Assembly: GCA_964016885.1 (NCBI GenBank)
Contig: OZ024741.1
Location: 305,660,001 to 305,724,000, forward strand
DNA length: 64,000 bases
Origin: Eledone cirrhosa
Taxonomy: Eukaryota
Direction of reading: 5' to 3'
Positions 12,901-24,789 of this stretch are shown one piece after another. The translations under genes and the position numbers were made by a program. Positions within the stretch are counted from its first letter, which is position 1; every line of letters begins with the position of its first letter. Below the pieces are notes generated by a model, which was given only the letters and a program-made list of their open reading frames with translations, searched no databases and was not told the DNA's origin.

Positions 12901-13420
12901 CCCTCCACCTGGTCTCTTGAATACAACAAACATCGACCTCCTTACGTTCAAGCATTTCTACAACCTCGTTAGCGCGACTCTTTAGGGTGCCTACATTTAT
13001 GGTACCAACTCTGAAGTTTTGGATTGCGTTTGGGGGTTGGGGGCGGTGAGGGGCGGGGGGCGATGGGGTTATGTTAGCCGTCCGCGGTCGAAACAATGAG
13101 GAGTGCTCGCATTCTCGTCCAAGAGGTGAATTTGTCTTTATCTTTGGCATTGTCGCTGAGCGTCCAGATTTTTCTTTCTCACCTCCACTCTCCAGGATTC
13201 CGCAGTCCATCCATCCATCATATATCGTATATCGAAAGGCAACCAGGCAAGCGATAGTATAGGCCTCTGGTTTCTGATTGGTCCGCGTAATAATACTGGT
13301 GATGCGTGGGGGCTCTGTTTTATGATTGGTCCACGTAATAGCAATGGTGGTGCGTGGGGGTGGGAGGGAGGGGTGTTGGGTAGCTAGCAAGAAGGTAATG
13401 ATTGAATGGGGTCCATGCAT
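9980..13420 (-). CDS. RTE LINE polyprotein: AP endonuclease + reverse transcriptase with an inserted PHD-like zinc finger
   Basis: APE motifs GTINVGTL, IQETRW, SAYAPQ, GDLNGHVG, QVDYIL, SQHRL; RT motifs FVDLEKAFD, GVHQGSVLSP, YADD; RTE C-terminus RLRWYGHVMR..GRPRKTW; no stop codons. The real start could be a later Met such as MPKIK near 13150. Confidence 0.95.
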   Translation of the reverse strand: MHGPHSIITFLLATQHPSLPPPRTTIAITWTNHKTEPPRITSIITRTNQKPEAYTIACLVAFRYTIYDGWMDCGILESGGEKEKSGRSATMPKIKTNSPLGRECEHSSLFRPRTANITPSPPAPHRPQPPNAIQNFRVGTINVGTLKSRANEVVEMLERKEVDVCCIQETRWRGGSARFIEGKKRCYKLFWVGNDDGLGGVGIMVAEKWADKIIDVNRVNDRIIKIRLVLNRTTVTVISAYAPQSGLPGTIKDRFYETLMLTTSQISDSDYIIIAGDLNGHVGQHCDGYDEIHGGYGFGTRNEEGARILEFCDANNLTICNTNFKKRDNHLITYRSGEHTSQVDYILTRRRDRVSVVNTKSLPHEECTSQHRLIISDLIVRTRRTRQQKRTILRRKIWKLKDPTARNKFQSILLDAFDSKEEHLESDNIEGEWEFLKANLLLATDEVCGWSRPVGRRRVTWWWNSKVEGSIKAKKQAWKVWRDGGSREDYQVARREARRQVYLARREAEERKFKHVLQRDDQKREVFRIARQCVKENRDIVGEKCVLNDDGTLAITDADKKVAWKCHYERLLNEENNWEKGSLPHIDPIEGPAVLVEGSIISKAIKDMKTGKAAGPSEIVAEMLKASGTVGHTMVTRIVNQVVQNGVVPKDWHSSIIVNCYKGKGDALDRSNYRGIKLIDQVMKVTEKVIAQLIRERIDLDEMQFGFVSGKSTTDALFIVRQLQEKYLAKGKPLYLAFVDLEKAFDRVPRSIIWWALRKLGVDEWLVRAIQAMYKETVSKVRINNEYSEEFSVKVGVHQGSVLSPLLFIIALQAITEEFKTGCPWELLYADDLTLIAESMAELEKKFQTWKHGLESKGLKINLAKTKVLVCRKENKAAVPSGKWSCSVCRKGVGRNSILCPKCKVWVHKRCSGITGKLTKNIDFTCGRCSGAISSSKCPQTTSSFNCAEGSIEIVDSFHYLGDKISSGGGCSESTVARVRTGWKKFRELIPLLAAKGFSLKMKGRLYDACIRTAMLHGSETWALCAEDIRRLERNEACMLRWMCNSNIRERQSINELRKKLEIRGIRCCLLERRLRWYGHVMRMKVDSCITKCRAIKIDGSHGIGRPRKTWDELINSDITHLHLSKTMSLDRDLWRYSVTEKTRLT
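13265..13360 (-). repeat. 48-bp tandem dimer with CCAAT motifs
   Basis: CTCTGKTTTMTGATTGGTCCRCGTAATA..TGCGTGGGGG twice (13265-13312, 13313-13360). Confidence 0.85.
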
Positions 13421-16400
13421 TTAACAAGCGATTAACAAAAATACAAAATTTGTTCTGTTAAATACGTCCAAAAACCTACGTATTTAGCAATTAATAGAAA
13501 CAGAAAATGTAGTTTGTTTTAGCGATAGATTGGCTATTTGGACTTGATACGAAATATGGATTGTTTTGAAAATACGCTAGAATTAAGATTTGTGGAGGGA
13601 GAGAGATGAAGTCTGTACATTACGTTTACATGAATATCGTGGCCAGCAAGCAATGAAATGAAATTTGGCGAAGTGAATTCCTATCATATATTTATAGAGA
13701 GTGAGAGAGAGTGAGAGAGAGCGAGGGGAGGGGGCCACATGATGGCTGTGAGTGTTAGGCGTTTGACCGCCCCGTGCCTTCGAAGAAGGAAGAAGGAAAG
13801 GATTTTGTTTTTTTGTTTTGAAGATACGCTAGAATTAGGGATTGAGGTTTGAAAATACGTTAGGGATTAAGGTTTGAAAATAGCTAGCAAGAAGGTAATG
13901 ATTGAATGGGGTCCATGCATTTAACAAGCGATTAACAAAAATACAAAATTTGTTCTGTTAAATACGTCCAAAAACCTACGTATTTAGCAATTAATAGAAA
14001 CAGAAAATGTAGTTTGTTTTAGCGATAGATTGGCTATTTGGACTTGATACGAAATATGGATTGTTTTGAAAATACGCTAGAATTAAGATTTGTGGAGGGA
14101 GAGAGATGAAGTCTGTACATTACGTTTACATGAATATCGTGGACAGCAAGCAATGAAATGAAATTTGGCGAAGTGAATTCCTATCATATATTTATAGAGA
14201 GTGAGAGAGAGTGAGAGAGAGCGAGGGGAGGGGGCCACATGATGGCTGTGAGTGTTAGGCGTTTGACCGCCCCGTGCCTTCGAAGAAGGAAGAAGGAAAG
14301 GATTTTGTTTTTTTGTTTTGAAGATACGCTAGAATTAGGGATTGAGGTTTGAAAATACGTTAGGGATTAAGGTTTGAAAATAGCTAGCAAGAAGGTAATG
14401 ATTGAATGGGGTCCATGCATTTAACAAGCGATTAACAAAAATACAAAATTTGTTCTGTTAAATACGTCCAAAAACCTACGTATTTAGCAATTAATAGAAA
14501 CAGAAAATGTAGTTTGTTTTAGCGATAGATTGGCTATTTGGACTTGATACGAAATATGGATTGTTTTGAAAATACGCTAGAATTAAGATTTGTGGAGGGA
14601 GAGAGATGAAGTCTGTACATTACGTTTACATGAATATCGTGGACAGCAAGCAATGAAATGAAATTTGGCGAAGTGAATTCCTATCATATATTTATAGAGA
14701 GTGAGAGAGAGTGAGAGAGAGCGAGGGGAGGGGGCCACATGATGGCTGTGAGTGTTAGGCGTTTGACCGCCCCGTGCCTTCGAAGAAGGAAGAAGGAAAG
14801 GATTTTGTTTTTTTGTTTTGAAGATACGCTAGAATTAGGGATTGAGGTTTGAAAATACGTTAGGGATTAAGGTTTGAAAATAGCTAGCAAGAAGGTAATG
14901 ATTGAATGGGGTCCATGCATTTAACAAGCGATTAACAAAAATACAAAATTTGTTCTGTTAAATACGTCCAAAAACCTACGTATTTAGCAATTAATAGAAA
15001 CAGAAAATGTAGTTTGTTTTAGCGATAGATTGGCTATTTGGACTTGATACGAAATATGGATTGTTTTGAAAATACGCTAGAATTAAGATTTGTGGAGGGA
15101 GAGAGATGAAGTCTGTACATTACGTTTACATGAATATCGTGGACAGCAAGCAATGAAATGAAATTTGGCGAAGTGAATTCCTATCATATATTTATAGAGA
15201 GTGAGAGAGAGTGAGAGAGAGCGAGGGGAGGGGGCCACATGATGGCTGTGAGTGTTAGGCGTTTGACCGCCCCGTGCCTTCGAAGAAGGAAGAAGGAAAG
15301 GATTTTGTTTTTTTGTTTTGAAGATACGCTAGAATTAGGGATTGAGGTTTGAAAATACGTTAGGGATTAAGGTTTGAAAATAGCTAGCAAGAAGGTAATG
15401 ATTGAATGGGGTCCATGCATTTAACAAGCGATTAACAAAAATACAAAATTTGTTCTGTTAAATACGTCCAAAAACCTACGTATTTAGCAATTAATAGAAA
15501 CAGAAAATGTAGTTTGTTTTAGCGATAGATTGGCTATTTGGACTTGATACGAAATATGGATTGTTTTGAAAATACGCTAGAATTAAGATTTGTGGAGGGA
15601 GAGAGATGAAGTCTGTACATTACGTTTACATGAATATCGTGGACAGCAAGCAATGAAATGAAATTTGGCGAAGTGAATTCCTATCATATATTTATAGAGA
15701 GTGAGAGAGAGTGAGAGAGAGCGAGGGGAGGGGGCCACATGATGGCTGTGAGTGTTAGGCGTTTGACCGCCCCGTGCCTTCGAAGAAGGAAGAAGGAAAG
15801 GATTTTGTTTTTTTGTTTTGAAGATACGCTAGAATTAGGGATTGAGGTTTGAAAATACGTTAGGGATTAAGGTTTGAAAATAGCTAGCAAGAAGGTAATG
15901 ATTGAATGGGGTCCATGCATTTAACAAGCGATTAACAAAAATACAAAATTTGTTCTGTTAAATACGTCCAAAAACCTACGTATTTAGCAATTAATAGAAA
16001 CAGAAAATGTAGTTTGTTTTAGCGATAGATTGGCTATTTGGACTTGATACGAAATATGGATTGTTTTGAAAATACGCTAGAATTAAGATTTGTGGAGGGA
16101 GAGAGATGAAGTCTGTACATTACGTTTACATGAATATCGTGGCCAGCAAGCAATGAAATGAAATTTGGCGAAGTGAATTCCTATCATATATTTATAGAGA
16201 GTGAGAGAGAGCGAGGGGAGGGGGCCACATGATGGCTGTGAGTGTTAGGCGTTTGACCGCCCCGTGCCTTCGAAGAAGGAAGAAGGAAAGGATTTTGTTT
16301 TTTTGTTTTGAAGATACGCTAGAATTAGGGATTGAGGTTTGAAAATACGTTAGGGATTAAGGTTTGAAAATAGCTAGCAAGAAGGTAATGATTGAATGGG

Positions 16401-19400
16401 GTCCATGCATTTAACAAGCGATTAACAAAAATACAAAATTTGTTCTGTTAAATACGTCCAAAAACCTACGTATTTAGCAATTAATAGAAACAGAAAATGT
16501 AGTTTGTTTTAGCGATAGATTGGCTATTTGGACTTGATACGAAATATGGATTGTTTTGAAAATACGCTAGAATTAAGATTTGTGGAGGGAGAGAGATGAA
16601 GTCTGTACATTACGTTTACATGAATATCGTGGCCAGCAAGCAATGAAATGAAATTTGGCGAAGTGAATTCCTATCATATATTTATAGAGAGTGAGAGAGA
16701 GCGAGGGGAGGGGGCCACATGATGGCTGTGAGTGTTAGGCGTTTGACCGCCCCGTGCCTTCGAAGAAGGAAGAAGGAAAGGATTTTGTTTTTTTGTTTTG
16801 AAGATACGCTAGAATTAGGGATTGAGGTTTGAAAATACGTTAGGGATTAAGGTTTGAAAATAGCTAGCAAGAAGGTAATGATTGAATGGGGTCCATGCAT
16901 TTAACAAGCGATTAACAAAAATACAAAATTTGTTCTGTTAAATACGTCCAAAAACCTACGTATTTAGCAATTAATAGAAACAGAAAATGTAGTTTGTTTT
17001 AGCGATAGATTGGCTATTTGGACTTGATACGAAATATGGATTGTTTTGAAAATACGCTAGAATTAAGATTTGTGGAGGGAGAGAGATGAAGTCTGTACAT
17101 TACGTTTACATGAATATCGTGGACAGCAAGCAATGAAATGAAATTTGGCGAAGTGAATTCCTATCATATATTTATAGAGAGTGAGAGAGAGTGAGAGAGA
17201 GCGAGGGGAGGGGGCCACATGATGGCTGTGAGTGTTAGGCGTTTGACCGCCCCGTGCCTTCGAAGAAGGAAGAAGGAAAGGATTTTGTTTTTTTGTTTTG
17301 AAGATACGCTAGAATTAGGGATTGAGGTTTGAAAATACGTTAGGGATTAAGGTTTGAAAATAGCTAGCAAGAAGGTAATGATTGAATGGGGTCCATGCAT
17401 TTAACAAGCGATTAACAAAAATACAAAATTTGTTCTGTTAAATACGTCCAAAAACCTACGTATTTAGCAATTAATAGAAACAGAAAATGTAGTTTGTTTT
17501 AGCGATAGATTGGCTATTTGGACTTGATACGAAATATGGATTGTTTTGAAAATACGCTAGAATTAAGATTTGTGGAGGGAGAGAGATGAAGTCTGTACAT
17601 TACGTTTACATGAATATCGTGGCCAGCAAGCAATGAAATGAAATTTGGCGAAGTGAATTCCTATCATATATTTATAGAGAGTGAGAGAGAGCGAGGGGAG
17701 GGGGCCACATGATGGCTGTGAGTGTTAGGCGTTTGACCGCCCCGTGCCTTCGAAGAAGGAAGAAGGAAAGGATTTTGTTTTTTTGTTTTGAAGATACGCT
17801 AGAATTAGGGATTGAGGTTTGAAAATACGTTAGGGATTAAGGTTTGAAAATAGCTAGCAAGAAGGTAATGATTGAATGGGGTCCATGCATTTAACAAGCG
17901 ATTAACAAAAATACAAAATTTGTTCTGTTAAATACGTCCAAAAACCTACGTATTTAGCAATTAATAGAAACAGAAAATGTAGTTTGTTTTAGCGATAGAT
18001 TGGCTATTTGGACTTGATACGAAATATGGATTGTTTTGAAAATACGCTAGAATTAAGATTTGTGGAGGGAGAGAGATGAAGTCTGTACATTACGTTTACA
18101 TGAATATCGTGGCCAGCAAGCAATGAAATGAAATTTGGCGAAGTGAATTCCTATCATATATTTATAGAGAGTGAGAGAGAGCGAGGGGAGGGGGCCACAT
18201 GATGGCTGTGAGTGTTAGGCGTTTGACCGCCCCGTGCCTTCGAAGAAGGAAGAAGGAAAGGATTTTGTTTTTTTGTTTTGAAGATACGCTAGAATTAGGG
18301 ATTGAGGTTTGAAAATACGTTAGGGATTAAGGTTTGAAAATAGCTAGCAAGAAGGTAATGATTGAATGGGGTCCATGCATTTAACAAGCGATTAACAAAA
18401 ATACAAAATTTGTTCTGTTAAATACGTCCAAAAACCTACGTATTTAGCAATTAATAGAAACAGAAAATGTAGTTTGTTTTAGCGATAGATTGGCTATTTG
18501 GACTTGATACGAAATATGGATTGTTTTGAAAATACGCTAGAATTAAGATTTGTGGAGGGAGAGAGATGAAGTCTGTACATTACGTTTACATGAATATCGT
18601 GGACAGCAAGCAATGAAATGAAATTTGGCGAAGTGAATTCCTATCATATATTTATAGAGAGTGAGAGAGAGTGAGAGAGAGCGAGGGGAGGGGGCCACAT
18701 GATGGCTGTGAGTGTTAGGCGTTTGACCGCCCCGTGCCTTCGAAGAAGGAAGAAGGAAAGGATTTTGTTTTTTTGTTTTGAAGATACGCTAGAATTAGGG
18801 ATTGAGGTTTGAAAATACGTTAGGGATTAAGGTTTGAAAATAGCTAGCAAGAAGGTAATGATTGAATGGGGTCCATGCATTTAACAAGCGATTAACAAAA
18901 ATACAAAATTTGTTCTGTTAAATACGTCCAAAAACCTACGTATTTAGCAATTAATAGAAACAGAAAATGTAGTTTGTTTTAGCGATAGATTGGCTATTTG
19001 GACTTGATACGAAATATGGATTGTTTTGAAAATACGCTAGAATTAAGATTTGTGGAGGGAGAGAGATGAAGTCTGTACATTACGTTTACATGAATATCGT
19101 GGACAGCAAGCAATGAAATGAAATTTGGCGAAGTGAATTCCTATCATATATTTATAGAGAGTGAGAGAGAGTGAGAGAGAGCGAGGGGAGGGGGCCACAT
19201 GATGGCTGTGAGTGTTAGGCGTTTGACCGCCCCGTGCCTTCGAAGAAGGAAGAAGGAAAGGATTTTGTTTTTTTGTTTTGAAGATACGCTAGAATTAGGG
19301 ATTGAGGTTTGAAAATACGTTAGGGATTAAGGTTTGAAAATAGCTAGCAAGAAGGTAATGATTGAATGGGGTCCATGCATTTAACAAGCGATTAACAAAA

Positions 19401-22400
19401 ATACAAAATTTGTTCTGTTAAATACGTCCAAAAACCTACGTATTTAGCAATTAATAGAAACAGAAAATGTAGTTTGTTTTAGCGATAGATTGGCTATTTG
19501 GACTTGATACGAAATATGGATTGTTTTGAAAATACGCTAGAATTAAGATTTGTGGAGGGAGAGAGATGAAGTCTGTACATTACGTTTACATGAATATCGT
19601 GGACAGCAAGCAATGAAATGAAATTTGGCGAAGTGAATTCCTATCATATATTTATAGAGAGTGAGAGAGAGTGAGAGAGAGCGAGGGGAGGGGGCCACAT
19701 GATGGCTGTGAGTGTTAGGCGTTTGACCGCCCCGTGCCTTCGAAGAAGGAAGAAGGAAAGGATTTTGTTTTTTTGTTTTGAAGATACGCTAGAATTAGGG
19801 ATTGAGGTTTGAAAATACGTTAGGGATTAAGGTTTGAAAATAGCTAGCAAGAAGGTAATGATTGAATGGGGTCCATGCATTTAACAAGCGATTAACAAAA
19901 ATACAAAATTTGTTCTGTTAAATACGTCCAAAAACCTACGTATTTAGCAATTAATAGAAACAGAAAATGTAGTTTGTTTTAGCGATAGATTGGCTATTTG
20001 GACTTGATACGAAATATGGATTGTTTTGAAAATACGCTAGAATTAAGATTTGTGGAGGGAGAGAGATGAAGTCTGTACATTACGTTTACATGAATATCGT
20101 GGCCAGCAAGCAATGAAATGAAATTTGGCGAAGTGAATTCCTATCATATATTTATAGAGAGTGAGAGAGAGCGAGGGGAGGGGGCCACATGATGGCTGTG
20201 AGTGTTAGGCGTTTGACCGCCCCGTGCCTTCGAAGAAGGAAGAAGGAAAGGATTTTGTTTTTTTGTTTTGAAGATACGCTAGAATTAGGGATTGAGGTTT
20301 GAAAATACGTTAGGGATTAAGGTTTGAAAATAGCTAGCAAGAAGGTAATGATTGAATGGGGTCCATGCATTTAACAAGCGATTAACAAAAATACAAAATT
20401 TGTTCTGTTAAATACGTCCAAAAACCTACGTATTTAGCAATTAATAGAAACAGAAAATGTAGTTTGTTTTAGCGATAGATTGGCTATTTGGACTTGATAC
20501 GAAATATGGATTGTTTTGAAAATACGCTAGAATTAAGATTTGTGGAGGGAGAGAGATGAAGTCTGTACATTACGTTTACATGAATATCGTGGACAGCAAG
20601 CAATGAAATGAAATTTGGCGAAGTGAATTCCTATCATATATTTATAGAGAGTGAGAGAGAGTGAGAGAGAGCGAGGGGAGGGGGCCACATGATGGCTGTG
20701 AGTGTTAGGCGTTTGACCGCCCCGTGCCTTCGAAGAAGGAAGAAGGAAAGGATTTTGTTTTTTTGTTTTGAAGATACGCTAGAATTAGGGATTGAGGTTT
20801 GAAAATACGTTAGGGATTAAGGTTTGAAAATAGCTAGCAAGAAGGTAATGATTGAATGGGGTCCATGCATTTAACAAGCGATTAACAAAAATACAAAATT
20901 TGTTCTGTTAAATACGTCCAAAAACCTACGTATTTAGCAATTAATAGAAACAGAAAATGTAGTTTGTTTTAGCGATAGATTGGCTATTTGGACTTGATAC
21001 GAAATATGGATTGTTTTGAAAATACGCTAGAATTAAGATTTGTGGAGGGAGAGAGATGAAGTCTGTACATTACGTTTACATGAATATCGTGGACAGCAAG
21101 CAATGAAATGAAATTTGGCGAAGTGAATTCCTATCATATATTTATAGAGAGTGAGAGAGAGTGAGAGAGAGCGAGGGGAGGGGGCCACATGATGGCTGTG
21201 AGTGTTAGGCGTTTGACCGCCCCGTGCCTTCGAAGAAGGAAGAAGGAAAGGATTTTGTTTTTTTGTTTTGAAGATACGCTAGAATTAGGGATTGAGGTTT
21301 GAAAATACGTTAGGAATTAAGGTTTGAAAATAGCTAGCAAGAGGTAATGATTGAATGGGGTCCATGCATTTAACAAGCGATTAACAAAAATACAAAATTT
21401 GTTCTGTTAAATACGTCCAAAAACCTACGTATTTAGCAATTAATAGAAACAGAAAATGTAGTTTGTTTTAGCGATAGATTGGCTATTTGGACTTGATACG
21501 AAATATGGATTGTTTTGAAAATACGCTAGAATTAAGATTTGTGGAGGGAGAGAGATGAAGTCTGTACATTACGTTTACATGAATATCGTGGACAGCAAGC
21601 AATGAAATGAAATTTGGCGAAGTGAATTCCTATCATATATTTATAGAGAGTGAGAGAGAGTGAGAGAGAGCGAGGGGAGGGGGCCACATGATGGCTGTGA
21701 GTGTTAGGCGTTTGACCGCCCCGTGCCTTCGAAGAAGGAAGAAGGAAAGGATTTTGTTTTTTTGTTTTGAAGATACGCTAGAATTAGGGATTGAGGTTTG
21801 AAAATACGTTAGGGATTAAGGTTTGAAAATAGCTAGCAAGAAGGTAATGATTGAATGGGGTCCATGCATTTAACAAGCGATTAACAAAAATACAAAATTT
21901 GTTCTGTTAAATACGTCCAAAAACCTACGTATTTAGCAATTAATAGAAACAGAAAATGTAGTTTGTTTTAGCGATAGATTGGCTATTTGGACTTGATACG
22001 AAATATGGATTGTTTTGAAAATACGCTAGAATTAAGATTTGTGGAGGGAGAGAGATGAAGTCTGTACATTACGTTTACATGAATATCGTGGCCAGCAAGC
22101 AATGAAATGAAATTTGGCGAAGTGAATTCCTATCATATATTTATAGAGAGTGAGAGAGAGTGAGAGAGAGCGAGGGGAGGGGGCCACATGATGGCTGTGA
22201 GTGTTAGGCGTTTGACCGCCCCGTGCCTTCGAAGAAGGAAGAAGGAAAGGATTTTGTTTTTTTGTTTTGAAGATACGCTAGAATTAGGGATTGAGGTTTG
22301 AAAATACGTTAGGAATTAAGGTTTGAAAATAGCTAGCAAGAGGTAATGATTGAATGGGGTCCATGCATTTAACAAGCGATTAACAAAAATACAAAATTTG

Positions 22401-22541
22401 TTCTGTTAAATACGTCCAAAAACCTACGTATTTAGCAATTAATAGAAACAGAAAATGTAGTTTGTTTTAGCGATAGATTGGCTATTTGGACTTGATACGA
22501 AATATGGATTGTTTTGAAAATACGCTAGAATTAAGATTTGT
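13381..22541. repeat. Tandem array: 18 full units of 490-500 bp plus one about 211-bp partial unit
   Basis: Unit starts (TAGCTAGCAAG) at 13381, 13881, 14381, 14881, 15381, 15881, 16371, 16861, 17361, 17851, 18341, 18841, 19341, 19841, 20331, 20831, 21331, 21830 and 22330. Confidence 0.98.
13689..13773 (-). promoter_or_regulatory. Putative Pol II core promoter present in every array unit (unit 1 given)
   Basis: In the LINE sense: GGGGCGG (13773-13767), CATGTG, a CT-rich tract, TATAAATA (13696-13689), then Inr-like TCACTT/TCATTT. Confidence 0.5.
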
Positions 22542-23029
22542 ATATATATATATATATATATATAAGGAAAAGAAATCAAAAATGCAACTGGAGTCTTTTT
22601 AAGAATATTTATTTATTTCCTTTACCAGTTTCACAGTTCTTATGCTTTTCAAAAGTAAAATTGAGATGGAGGTTTGTGGTTTGTCTCGCATCTATCTCTC
22701 TCTATATAAAGATACTTATAAAAAAAAATGGCTGACTAAATATACATGCACTTCCTTTCTGTAAAAAATAGTTTTCTTTTCCATTTCTTCCTCATACTCT
22801 TGTTTATTTTTCTATTTCTCCTTCTATTTCTCATTCTATCCTCTGATGTGCTAAGACTCTTTCCCTACTGTTTCAAGCATTAAACTAATATATATCATCA
22901 GTGTACTGTATTATTCTCCTGTGTTGTTTTTCTTTGTTGACTTTTTGCATACTTATAACATATTGATATAACACATACATATAGCATATATATTATGCTA
23001 CCCCGCCTCATTTATACAACAACAACAAC

Positions 23030-23260
23030 AACAATAATAATATAATTGTTTCTGATTTAAGCACAAGGCCAACAATTTTTGGGGGAGGGAAAGTCGATTA
23101 AATCGACTCCAGTGCATTACTGGTACTTTATTTTATCAACTCTGTAAGGATGAAAGGCAAAGCTAACCTCAGCGGGATTTGAACTCAGAATGTAAAGGGA
23201 CATAACTCTACGCCGTGAAGCATGGTGTCTGATGCTCTACCGATACTGCCAATCCACCCC
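23030..23260 (-). mobile_element. tRNA-derived SINE
   Basis: Matches the family at 835-1057. Confidence 0.8.
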
Positions 23261-23570
23261 ACTATGATAATAATTGCAGTAATTGTGTCTTATGAAATGA
23301 TAAAAACAGTAGAAACAACAGCAACAACAACAACAACAACAGTGGTGGCAGTGTTATAATTCAATGATACAATAACAACAACAAAAACAACAACTTATAC
23401 TCGCAGGTGTATAATAATTAAATATATAATAATTGACTGTAATCAATAAATAAATCACTAAACATCATTGCCATGTAGTAGCATTGTGGAGATATCAAAA
23501 GTGGTGAAGAGGGTTGTATGATGTTATGGCCTGTCAACAGTGCTGGATTTACCATTGTGCTTAGGTGTGC

Positions 23571-23775
23571 TTAACCCTTTAGCTATTAAACCGGCCATTT
23601 CCAGCCTCTTTCTGCTCAAACTGGCTGTTCATACTGATGATAACGTATTGTCCTCAAAATAAATAATATCAAAATCTCATAGATTCAATATTATGTGAGA
23701 TAATTATGGAAGATAAAGCCTTTACTGTGAAAATACAATAGTATATATAGAGTAATATAAATGCTAAAGGGTTAA
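23571..23775. mobile_element. TTAA MITE nested in another short TIR element (about 23538-23870)
   Basis: TTAA|CCCTTTAGC ... GCTAAAGGG|TTAA; host element ends GCTGGATTT / AAATCCAGC. Confidence 0.7.
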
Positions 23776-24077
23776 GCACAGGGCCCCGTTGGCCCATCTT
23801 CCTGCCAAAAAAAATTGTTCAAGTTATGAGGCCCCAAGAAAGAGGCCTCATTTGTCCTAAATCCAGCCCCACCTGTCATGAATGAGTGTGGACCATGTAA
23901 TGGAAAATGCAGGTTTAAGAATTTTTTTAAGTGTGGTCAGAGCAAGAAGTGTAAATAATTAGGTTTGCTAGCTTATCAAACTCTAAATGAACTTTTGGGA
24001 GACTGGGATGCATAACTGGAAGAGTAAAGCACATATTCTATAGCAAGCCTAGGGCATTAAATACCCAGGTGCAGGTT

Positions 24078-24163
24078 ACTACTACTACTACCACCACCAC
24101 CACTACTACTACTACTACCTCTACTACTACTACTACTACTACCACTACTACTACTACTACTAC

Positions 24164-24194
<31 letters not shown>

Positions 24195-24725
24195 TATAAT
24201 AATAATAATTGTTTCTACTTTTGGCACAAGACCAGCAATTACCCAGTACATTACTGGTACTTTATTTTATCGACCTCTGTAAGGATGAAAGGCAAAGTTA
24301 ACCTCGGCGAGATTTGAATTTGAACTCAGAATGGAAAGGGCCGTAACTCTATGCGTCAAAGCATGGCGTCTGACCTTCTACCGATACTGCCAAATAATAA
24401 TAATGATTTCATTTATTAGTCACAAGGGCTGACATGTAGGGGACAATACAAAGACAGGGACAGTGGGGGTTTACAATAAGGTCGAGTAAAAGTGCACAAT
24501 GGCAAGACTAATTTAACAATGAAGATATAAAAATATAAAATAAACTATGCATAAATATAACAAAATAAATTCCCCTATAGGGGTGGACAACTCAGGGGTG
24601 ACTCAGGTACCCCACCAATCCTGAACCACTCTGCGCTTCTAGGGCACCCAGGGAAAGTACCCCTCTCCTCAAGTTAGCTAGCCTATAGGCGCATGGTCAG
24701 AGTAGGCCCATTCACACGGGCTACC
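24078..24725 (-). mobile_element. (CTA/AAT)n microsatellite, SINE (24190-24392) and Tx1-type 3' fragment
   Basis: Matches to other copies in the window. Confidence 0.7.
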
Positions 24726-24789
24726 ACCACCAACTACTACTACAGGTGTGTAAAAGAACAAATAACCACTGATATTAGTCTAAAATACC

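Larger units (their letters stand above)
9581..22541 (-). mobile_element. Full-length RTE-clade non-LTR retrotransposon with a tandem-repeat 5' region
   Basis: (ATG)n 3' tail at 9582-9603; about 380-bp 3' UTR; intact ORF; 5' array; flanked by (CA)n on one side and (TA)n on the other. Confidence 0.85.

Noticed and set aside
10170-13262. Plus-strand ORFs overlapping the LINE
   Set aside because: Antisense shadows of the RT ORF with no independent motifs.
13835-13865. TTAGGG twice per unit as a telomeric signal
   Set aside because: Isolated hexamers within the sub-repeat, not tandem; insufficient evidence.
13381-22541. CRISPR-like array or rDNA/snRNA gene array
   Set aside because: No unique spacers; units are contiguous 500-mers with no recognisable rRNA, tRNA, 5S or snRNA sequence.
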